Shown piece after piece: positions 57,536-64,000 of a stretch of 64,000 bases of DNA (positions are counted from its first letter, which is position 1; the number at the start of each line of letters is the position of its first letter). Source of the stretch: a virus; IMG/VR virus record IMGVR_UViG_3300037567_000704, positions 22,732-86,731 of that record; one strand, given 5' to 3'. Under the pieces are notes generated by a model. It ran no database searches and was not told the origin of the DNA. It was given only the letters and a program-made list of their open reading frames with translations. A program made the translations under genes and the position numbers.

Positions 57536-57805
57536 TCAGACCGCCGCATCTATTTTACTATACAACCAATCAGCCAAATCTTGCGCTTGACCATAAGCCC
57601 ATTCTACAGTCCAACCCCAAAGCGAAAATGAAGAATTGGACTCAATGGCACTCACCAAGAGAGCGGCAACTACGGTTGCGATAATGGTCCTAATCCAACC
57701 AACACCCCACTCATAGGTGTTGTCCACAGTATTGGCGAGATGCATAGCGCGAAGAGTTTCCTCAACAGAATCATCTTTCGGAGTTTTGAAGATGCGTCCC
57801 ATCAA
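57536..57805 (-). CDS. Small membrane protein
   Basis: TM segment WGVGWIRTIIATVVAALLVSAI followed by a Trp-rich amphipathic helix. Coupled to its neighbours. Confidence 0.65.
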   Translation of the reverse strand: MMGRIFKTPKDDSVEETLRAMHLANTVDNTYEWGVGWIRTIIATVVAALLVSAIESNSSFSLWGWTVEWAYGQAQDLADWLYSKIDAAV

Positions 57806-58428
57806 TTACCGCTACCATTACCCTTGTATCTTAAGTCTGGGGTTCCATCTTTCTTCAATCTCACATTGAGGCTCGAAGGAACTCTCGGTCTTGGTATTAC
57901 TGGCGCGCTTTCCAATCCAAATGGTGTTTGCTCTGTGAGAGAATCCAAACCCATGCTCAATGGCCTTGCTTCTACTAAAGGAGGTGAAGATATCGTGTCT
58001 ATTCCTAAACCTTGCATACCGATATTTGAATGGGGAGGCGTTTGTCCGGGATTTTGTTGAATCCAATGCAACTCCTTCTCTAACTGCATCTCCTGCATCC
58101 TGAGTTCCATATCTGCTCTTCTCTGGTCATAGTTGAACTGCTGTTCCCTAAAGCGATAATCCCTCTGTCGCTGCAACTCAGATACTCTCACTTTGTCTTG
58201 CATCTGCTCTTCGAAGAACATCTTGAAGAGGTAGTAAGCCAAAATTTGAACAGCCAACGCTCCCATAGCGTAAGTTATCCCATTTACGTAATGCCCAGCA
58301 CTTTCTCCTCCCGGTAACCATATCCCTGCATCATAAACACCTACAGCCGCACCGATAAGTAACGATTGCGTGAGTATCAATCCAGTCAATCTCATCTCTG
58401 ATTTATCCATGGGGTCTTGCACACTCAT
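57802..58428 (-). CDS. Membrane protein: 2 TM helices, coiled coil, basic KDGTPDLRYK tail
   Basis: LTGLILTQSLLIGAAVGVY and GITYAMGALAVQILAYYLF, then a Q/E/R coiled coil. Confidence 0.7.
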   Translation of the reverse strand: MSVQDPMDKSEMRLTGLILTQSLLIGAAVGVYDAGIWLPGGESAGHYVNGITYAMGALAVQILAYYLFKMFFEEQMQDKVRVSELQRQRDYRFREQQFNYDQRRADMELRMQEMQLEKELHWIQQNPGQTPPHSNIGMQGLGIDTISSPPLVEARPLSMGLDSLTEQTPFGLESAPVIPRPRVPSSLNVRLKKDGTPDLRYKGNGSGN

Positions 58429-58465
58429 TATTATGACCTCTAAATAGACCCCGCGAGAGGGAAGA

Positions 58466-58476
58466 TGATAAGGGTT
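58466..58476 (-). promoter_or_regulatory. Putative BRE/TATA promoter (AACCCTTATCA) of the GTPase operon
   Basis: Euryarchaeal-type CTTAT box in the 63-bp intergenic gap, about 40 nt upstream of ATG 58428. Confidence 0.4.
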
Positions 58477-58491
58477 CTGTTTTTTCTGGAC

Positions 58492-60087
58492 TCAAATAGC
58501 GTGTCTCAACGTTCCTTTATCTTTGAAATGCCGAGCCCGATTGGAATGTATGCCTTCTAACGTCAGTTTCCCACCTTCCGTATGGCTGACATCCTTACCA
58601 CCACCTGTGCCGTAGATGCCTCTTCGTCTCCTCTCTCGATTCAAGTCCTCACGGTATTTCACCCTCTTCGGGTTCGACTCATATTTCGTATCATACTCCA
58701 GTTTGTGCTGTCTCGCCTCTGGTGACACTCTCTCCTTGAGCAACCGGAGGGCTATATCCATTGGTTCGCTTCTTTGCAGGTCTTGGAACTCTTCTGAAAA
58801 CGGATGTTCTTCATTAAATAGCGTGGGTTTTGACTCCAAATCCCTCAAGTTCATCTCCTGTTCCAATTCCCACCTGTCCGGGCCTGAATTAGGATGAAAG
58901 CGCACATGAGTTTCTCCATCGTCACTCAAAGGCACGGGGGCTATCCTGCCATCTTTATCACGGACATATTCCGGCATTCTCGATAACCACTCTCTTATCT
59001 GTGAATTGTCCTTGTCGGCGTGTGGGCGATTTTCCAAAGAGGTCAAAGATGGGGCATCGTAGTTCATCCTATCCACATTATCAATGATATTTCTTATGTT
59101 GCTTGACCTCATTTGGTCGAAGTCAGAACTATCTAACGGTGCGAACCTCGCATCCTTTATCGGAATGTCTCGGTATTCCCTTGCATCTCCATAAGTTTTC
59201 TCATATCTGAAGTTCGGGTCATGAAAATTACCGAAATCCTGTGGTACTTCTTTGAGCAACTGGAAGGCTATGTCCATAGGTTCAGATGCGTTCTTTCCTT
59301 GCCAACTGTCTCCGAATTGTGGTTCTTCTGCTGTTGGATTACTCATTGCATTGTCAAATGCAGCATCACGGCTTTCAGGGTGAAGACAACCTGTGCAGAT
59401 TCCTTGTTTATCATCCATAGGAACACCTTCACTGAAATTACGAATGTCTGCAGCACAGGTTCGGCATTCTCTTGGGAACATAACACTTGGGTCATGGTCG
59501 AATTGTTCTGGCGGCATCAATATACGATTCATTATAGAGTAGTCTTTGACACCGAAGTTCTTAGGTGGAGTTTCGTCCTCTTCTTTGAGCAACTGGAAGG
59601 CTATTTCCATAGGCTCGCCCATCTCAACGAAACCAGAACCGATAGGATTTGAAGTATACTGTCCATAGGCATATTTCTGCCCTGTAGGGAACTCAGTGTA
59701 AGCCGGTGGGTTTTTTTCTGTAAAACCGCCTTCCTCTAACCTACCTACAACTTCTCCATCTGGTTTCAAAAACTCAGTCTGTCCTGTTCCACTAGGAGAG
59801 TGAAGTATCGAGTCCTGTTTATGCTCTTCAGCAAGTCCTAGTATCTCAGGAATTAGAGGTTCAGGCACGTTAGATAGAGCAATAGAATTCTCAGGCCCCC
59901 ATTCTTCACTCTGTCCACGACCTGAGATGATTTTCATTTGCAGTTTATTTTCCAATTCCCCAATCTGAGACAACAACCTATCGTGTCTCTCACTTTGCTC
60001 CTTTTGACTCATCGGATTTTCGTCATTCACCCAATTTGGTTTGGAAGATATGAGTATATTGTGGGTTTCAGGGTCAAATAACTCCAT
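58492..60087 (-). CDS. Modular polyprotein-like protein: DUF3293-like domain, Zn finger, unknown module, C-terminal HNH-like domain
   Basis: Modules are separated by three EPM[DE]IA[FL][QR]LLKE copies. Contains LAEEHKQDSIL, CRTC..CTGC and GGGKDVSH...HSNRARH. Confidence 0.6.
   Translation of the reverse strand: MELFDPETHNILISSKPNWVNDENPMSQKEQSERHDRLLSQIGELENKLQMKIISGRGQSEEWGPENSIALSNVPEPLIPEILGLAEEHKQDSILHSPSGTGQTEFLKPDGEVVGRLEEGGFTEKNPPAYTEFPTGQKYAYGQYTSNPIGSGFVEMGEPMEIAFQLLKEEDETPPKNFGVKDYSIMNRILMPPEQFDHDPSVMFPRECRTCAADIRNFSEGVPMDDKQGICTGCLHPESRDAAFDNAMSNPTAEEPQFGDSWQGKNASEPMDIAFQLLKEVPQDFGNFHDPNFRYEKTYGDAREYRDIPIKDARFAPLDSSDFDQMRSSNIRNIIDNVDRMNYDAPSLTSLENRPHADKDNSQIREWLSRMPEYVRDKDGRIAPVPLSDDGETHVRFHPNSGPDRWELEQEMNLRDLESKPTLFNEEHPFSEEFQDLQRSEPMDIALRLLKERVSPEARQHKLEYDTKYESNPKRVKYREDLNRERRRRGIYGTGGGKDVSHTEGGKLTLEGIHSNRARHFKDKGTLRHAI
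58732..59616. repeat. Three dispersed 36-bp direct repeats (58732-58767, 59248-59283, 59581-59616)
   Basis: ttctttgagcaactggaaggctat(g/t)tccatagg(t/c)tc. The last two copies differ at 2 positions; the first is more diverged. Confidence 0.9.
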
Positions 60088-60148
60088 GATGCTCTCTGGA
60101 TTATAGGCGGGAAGCGTCTGTTGCGCTTTACGAACAAGAACTTTCTTC

Positions 60149-61429
60149 TCACTCTTGAAGGGCAGGCTTACCCCTCCTCGCTATCTCACTCTGCAAAGAT
60201 TGCCTTCTCTCACCCATCTCAGGTTTGTCCATCGAGAACTGAGGCATTTCTCCCTCAATTTCCGAAAGCCCATGCCAATCTTTCGCAGGCCATCTACTAC
60301 CTATCATTTCTGGCGACAAGCGGCGAGTCTCTTCTTCACCCATATCACTCATCTCATCCTCCATCTCAGGCCTCTTCATCCTGAATGGGTCTTGCAAATT
60401 ACTGAGACCTCTTGCCGGAGACCTCTCATCAGGATTTTCACCAAGCAATTGTAGTAATGCTTGCAAACCGTTTGGGTCATCACGGTATGTTTCGTCTATC
60501 AAAGACTCACCGCCCTCTTCCTCCTCTGGTTCTAGGTCTTCTGTTGGGGGGACCTGCTGATATACGCCTCCCGGCTGAGAATCTGAGTCTTCAGGAGCCA
60601 TCTGAGCGTATTTCCTCTTATTTACGAACTTGAGTAGCGACCAAGCATGATTGAGAGGCCCATCGAAGGACCTAGCGAAGATGTTCTTAGGTTCTCTACC
60701 CGATTCAAACTCAGCAATGGTGGAAGGCCCACCTATAACAGGTCGGCCCTCATCCGGAAACGGTTTTTTCTCATATGGTCTTTTAGGAGCAGGCAGAGAC
60801 CCCACATCAGCAGGAGAAGTCTCAGGCATCGGTGGGTCCACACCGGGCGGGCGGTTTCTCATTGGATTATAATGAGAATCACGAATAGCCGCTTGATTCA
60901 AAGCCTGTAAGAGTTGCAAATCCTGCGTTTTCGGACTACCAGAGGGTTCTGTCCTCATCTGTAAGTCTTGAGTTGATTGGCTCACAGGGCCGGGTTTAAT
61001 CTCAGCCCCAAAACGGTCAAGTTGTCGAAAGTCCTGCTCTTCTTGTGGGGCTTCTGCTAGTGCTTGACCCTCTTCAGATGCATCGAACTCCTCTCGCCTT
61101 CCCTTGGCTTGCCCCACACTACTGTTCATGCTGTCAATTATCCCCTGAAGACCGGGGTGGGCGGGTGGAGCAACACTTTCTCGTGGTTTTTCACCCATTC
61201 CCGCAGTCGCTTCAGGGATTGGGGCTTTCTTCACATCTGGCTTAGAGGTGTCTTCAGGATTCTTTGGGGACTTGCCGCCCACTGAGATGACCATTACCAT
61301 GCCCTTCTTGTTGTTCTTGTCAGAATCAGATGCCTTTCCGATACAATCTCCTTTGCAATCATCAGGGCAAACGCAACCCTTCGCACCACAACCACACGGA
61401 CACTTCTTCTTGTCGGAATCAGGCATCAA
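60149..61429 (-). CDS. Disordered P/E-rich protein with N-terminal Cys cluster and internal AWSLLK motif
   Basis: CPCGCGAKGCVCPDDCKGDC and GPLNHAWSLLKF. Confidence 0.65.
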   Translation of the reverse strand: MMPDSDKKKCPCGCGAKGCVCPDDCKGDCIGKASDSDKNNKKGMVMVISVGGKSPKNPEDTSKPDVKKAPIPEATAGMGEKPRESVAPPAHPGLQGIIDSMNSSVGQAKGRREEFDASEEGQALAEAPQEEQDFRQLDRFGAEIKPGPVSQSTQDLQMRTEPSGSPKTQDLQLLQALNQAAIRDSHYNPMRNRPPGVDPPMPETSPADVGSLPAPKRPYEKKPFPDEGRPVIGGPSTIAEFESGREPKNIFARSFDGPLNHAWSLLKFVNKRKYAQMAPEDSDSQPGGVYQQVPPTEDLEPEEEEGGESLIDETYRDDPNGLQALLQLLGENPDERSPARGLSNLQDPFRMKRPEMEDEMSDMGEEETRRLSPEMIGSRWPAKDWHGLSEIEGEMPQFSMDKPEMGERRQSLQSEIARRGKPALQE

Positions 61430-61448
61430 ACTCCACCTTTACTGTATC

Positions 61449-61916
61449 TCATCGCTCAACCCGTCCACGTGCATTATCAGAAGCGCTCCATTTGGGAGAA
61501 GGAGGAATCTCCTCCTCCTCGGCTGGGTCTTCAGCGGCGCCCAGAACCCCCACAGGGGCTGAAGGCTCTACTATTCCGGGCACTTCCTCCCTTCCAGTCG
61601 AAGACGGAATGTTTTCCATGTTCGAAAGATTGAATCGAGAATCAGGATGTCTTCTATCATCGGATATTTCATCTAATCGCCCATGCAATCCTTCGAATCG
61701 TTCTATTTCTGATGGATATAGGCTATCAAGTAGATTCTCCACGACCCATTCTGGATTATTGTCTATCATATGAATTCTTTTGGCCTTTCTTTGGTCATCA
61801 GTTACCTTATCTTGACCAGTTGGGAAAAAATCACGACCAGTTTCATCCCCCTCTCCTTCTGGAAATCTCTCCCAAGGTGCTTTGAGGAAAATCCAAGCAT
61901 TTTCAAAGGGATTCAT
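61449..61916 (-). CDS. Acidic protein with N-terminal FENAWIFLKA motif
   Basis: 155 aa. The motif is shared with neighbouring genes. Confidence 0.7.
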   Translation of the reverse strand: MNPFENAWIFLKAPWERFPEGEGDETGRDFFPTGQDKVTDDQRKAKRIHMIDNNPEWVVENLLDSLYPSEIERFEGLHGRLDEISDDRRHPDSRFNLSNMENIPSSTGREEVPGIVEPSAPVGVLGAAEDPAEEEEIPPSPKWSASDNARGRVER

Positions 61917-61917
61917 A

Positions 61918-62175
61918 CTATCTATTCCTGCTTACACGGACAAGGCCGGTCTGCCTACGCATCTTCGGACGTACAGTCCCCCTATCGAGGTTCCGCTTAT
62001 ATTTCTTCTTGGTCTTATCAGTCTGAACCTTACGAGAGAGGCGTTGAACTTTGGCTCTTGCGATTTTTCTAGGGCGCTCACTGATGTATGACTTCCCTTT
62101 ACCCCCGAACTGACCTTTGAGGAAGTCAAATGCAGCATCAATCTCACTCACGGCGGGGTCCCACCAGTAAGGCAC
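61918..62175 (-). CDS. Highly basic small protein behind a DAAFDFLKG motif
   Basis: The region after the motif is K/R-rich. Confidence 0.7.
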   Translation of the reverse strand: MPYWWDPAVSEIDAAFDFLKGQFGGKGKSYISERPRKIARAKVQRLSRKVQTDKTKKKYKRNLDRGTVRPKMRRQTGLVRVSRNR

Positions 62176-62219
62176 TTAAAGCGACACCATAATTAGTTTG
62201 CGCCCTTTCCCGTTCATTT

Positions 62220-62552
62220 GTGAGCGATGGAATAGTGAAGATTCTACCCGCGCTTCCAGCAATAGGAAGTGCAATTTCTGGTGCTCTAACAGCCGCGAGA
62301 GCCTCAAAAATAGGTCAAGCATTAGGAAAAGTAGGAGCACAAGGCAAAAAACTCGCAGCAGGAGCAGCAGGAATAGGAGCGGCAGGAGTAGCAGGTGCCA
62401 AAACAGCCCAAGAAAGCCCAATGGGACAGGCTTGGGGGCACTTACAGAACGCTTCTGCAGCAAATCAAGCAGCAAATCAGCAAATGACCTCCGAAGCGAG
62501 ACAATTATCGAGAGCCGGAGCAGGCACTGGCAGCACAACGATGGGGAACTAG
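62220..62552 (+). CDS. Gly/Ala/Gln-rich small protein, only probable plus-strand gene (DNA-pilot-like composition)
   Basis: Fills the gap between minus-strand genes with a convergent stop overlap at 62549-62552. Natural-looking sequence; the opposite-strand ORF looks like its shadow. Confidence 0.65.
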   Translation: MSDGIVKILPALPAIGSAISGALTAARASKIGQALGKVGAQGKKLAAGAAGIGAAGVAGAKTAQESPMGQAWGHLQNASAANQAANQQMTSEARQLSRAGAGTGSTTMGN

Positions 62553-62755
62553 ATTCTGTTATACTGAACGAAGAGGTTTTCACCATCTTCTTGCAGTCCC
62601 GTATCATTTGAGTTCATCATTTTGATGATTGTTCCGAGGATAAAGGACTTCTCCTCCTCAGTGAAAGACAAACCGACAGGTTGAGTCTTCAAAAGTAGCC
62701 AAGCGCGATTAAAAGCCGCACTTGGAGGTGTATTTGGACTATCTCCGATGACCAT
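62549..62755 (-). CDS. Small protein with AFNRAWLLLKT motif
   Basis: 68 aa with the shared motif. Confidence 0.6.
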   Translation of the reverse strand: MVIGDSPNTPPSAAFNRAWLLLKTQPVGLSFTEEEKSFILGTIIKMMNSNDTGLQEDGENLFVQYNRI

Positions 62756-62796
62756 TCTGGAAATTACGGTGATGGTGCTTTATTAAAAGACCTTCG

Positions 62797-63264
62797 TTAC
62801 TCTTGCACAACGGGATTATTGACCATTTCTTCATCATTAATTTGTGTAGACTGCAGATAATTGGGGTCAGCGGCCAATCTCCTTTGATGTTCGTCCCAAA
62901 TGGCTTTCCCATCATCGTTTTGAAAGAGGAAATCGGGAAATGACTTGAATGCTTCCTGCCCACCGGCATCTCTCATCTGATTGTCATCGAAAAACATACT
63001 CATTTTGTTCATCATTAACCTATACCACTCATCATCGGCCATTTCTTGTAGATTTATTCGCCCCTCGTGACCAGCAATACTCCCCTGTCGATAGTCTTCA
63101 GCCTCCATTTCCCTCGCATGAGCCCAAGGGGAGGCTATTTTGTATGCATCTACCTCTTTTTCCTCAGGTATTTCCTCTTCTAGTTTGGGTTTACCCCATC
63201 TAGTGGGCATACCGGGCCTCCTACTACCCTTGAGAAAGACCCAAGCGATGTCAAAAGCACTCAC
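62797..63264 (-). CDS. Protein with N-terminal SAFDIAWVFLKG motif (start re-called to GTG 63264)
   Basis: GTG AGT GCT TTT GAC gives MSAFDIAW, parallel to MSAFDKAW of 63537..63740. Confidence 0.7.
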   Translation of the reverse strand: MSAFDIAWVFLKGSRRPGMPTRWGKPKLEEEIPEEKEVDAYKIASPWAHAREMEAEDYRQGSIAGHEGRINLQEMADDEWYRLMMNKMSMFFDDNQMRDAGGQEAFKSFPDFLFQNDDGKAIWDEHQRRLAADPNYLQSTQINDEEMVNNPVVQE

Positions 63265-63291
63265 AATAGGGACGAAAGGCCTTCGGACTAT

Positions 63292-63471
63292 CAATTTTGA
63301 GCAAAATAAACCTTTTTTGAGCGTTTTTTGTTGCTTTTTGCCATTTTTAGAGCAAAATCAGTTAAAAAACCCGATTTTAAGCCCAAAAAGGCAGTTTTTA
63401 TCATTTTTCGAGCAAAAACCCAGTTAAACGAAATTAGGTGGACCATCATGGTTGCAGCCATCCGATGGTCC
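63292..63471. other. AT-rich non-coding element: phased A/T tracts, three GAGCAAAA repeats and a hairpin
   Basis: GAGCAAAA at 63299, 63350 and 63410. A/T runs recur about every 10 bp. Inverted repeat GGACCATC...GATGGTCC at 63440-63471. Confidence 0.7.
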
Positions 63472-63536
63472 TTAAATGGGTATTTTCAAGATTTGATTCT
63501 GAACTGAGCGTGACCAAATCCTCTGTTTCATCTTAA

Positions 63537-63740
63537 TCACTCTCCGTTTGGGTAATACCCAACAAACTCATACGAACCATCCGGCAAACGGTGAATCTTA
63601 CCTCTCCCGGCGGCTTCGTCTGCTTGTGCTTCTTCAAAAGTTATATCCGCAGAATTATCTAACAGTGTTCTTTCGCCTAATTGTGGCATAGGTTCATCGC
63701 CTTGCTTTAGAATCGCCCAAGCCTTGTCAAATGCACTCAT
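63537..63740 (-). CDS. Small protein with N-terminal MSAFDKAWAILKQ motif
   Basis: 67 aa with GGTGAG SD and the shared motif. Confidence 0.7.
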   Translation of the reverse strand: MSAFDKAWAILKQGDEPMPQLGERTLLDNSADITFEEAQADEAAGRGKIHRLPDGSYEFVGYYPNGE

Positions 63741-64000
63741 CTACTCACCTTCTAATGCTCTTCTTGACGCATCATTCTCAGCGTTGATTCTCGCTATCGC
63801 TTCAGGAGTCCATGACGGGTCCATGTCTGGTTGTGTATTTCCTTCCTGAATCTCTGTAGGCACATTTGGATTCACTTTAGCCATGGGTTGCATTCTCCCC
63901 TCCGTAACTGGGTCAGACATACTTTCCGGAAGCCATTTTTTTGGGGTTGGTTCAAAGTTTCCGTCAGATGGTCCCCCCGGAATCCACTTTTCTTTCGGAA
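63741..64000 (-). CDS. Partial hypothetical protein (C-terminus only; absent from the ORF track)
   Basis: Open frame from the right edge (...WTPEAIARINAENDASRRALEGE*). Its TAG abuts the next ATG. Confidence 0.55.
   Translation of the reverse strand, partial: PKEKWIPGGPSDGNFEPTPKKWLPESMSDPVTEGRMQPMAKVNPNVPTEIQEGNTQPDMDPSWTPEAIARINAENDASRRALEGE

Noticed and set aside
58732-59616. 36-bp repeats as a CRISPR array
   Set aside because: The gaps are about 300 and 480 bp and the repeats are in-frame coding sequence.
1-62100. Numerous plus-strand ORFs in the track (e.g. 2794..3903, 25523..26134, 29459..30004)
   Set aside because: They overlap long minus-strand genes, mostly in a recurring shadow frame, and show no recognisable domains.
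62176-62607. Minus-strand Leu-rich 143-aa ORF resembling a membrane protein
   Set aside because: The poly-Leu arises as the antisense of GCA/GGA codons of the plus-strand gene 62220..62552.
1-64000. tRNA/rRNA genes, integrase, transposase, replication genes
   Set aside because: None recognised; almost all intergenic gaps are too short for tRNAs and no cloverleaf was seen in the 63.3-63.5 kb gap.

Overview
The whole window looks like the virion morphogenesis (late) region of a large tailed dsDNA archaeal virus (Caudoviricetes). The best fit is a magrovirus-like virus of Marine Group II Euryarchaeota (Poseidoniales). That assignment is inferred from the halovirus/magrovirus-style capsid protein, portal and terminase, the euryarchaeal GGAGGTGA Shine-Dalgarno sites and the TATA-like promoters. 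Genes are tightly packed and all but one (62220..62552) lie on the minus strand. In transcription order (right to left) there are: small proteins sharing an A[FW]xxLK motif; an operon with a Ras-superfamily (Arf/Rab-like) small GTPase, membrane proteins and an AbrB-like regulator; putative TerS; putative internal proteins; TerL; a wHTH-LAGLIDADG protein; portal; a 1897-aa protein with an apparently inactivated ATP-dependent ligase domain; prohead protease/scaffold; major capsid protein; head accessory and connector proteins; tail tube; frameshifted tail chaperones; a very short tape measure; a 5598-aa tail-tip protein; and three tail fibres. Three items stand out. (1) The viral small-GTPase/membrane operon is a candidate egress or membrane-remodelling system. 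(2) The recurring A[FW]xxLK motif may be a capsid-targeting/cleavage tag that builds modular cargo polyproteins. (3) The pseudo-ligase sits in the head module. All calls come from motif reading by eye; no searches were run.
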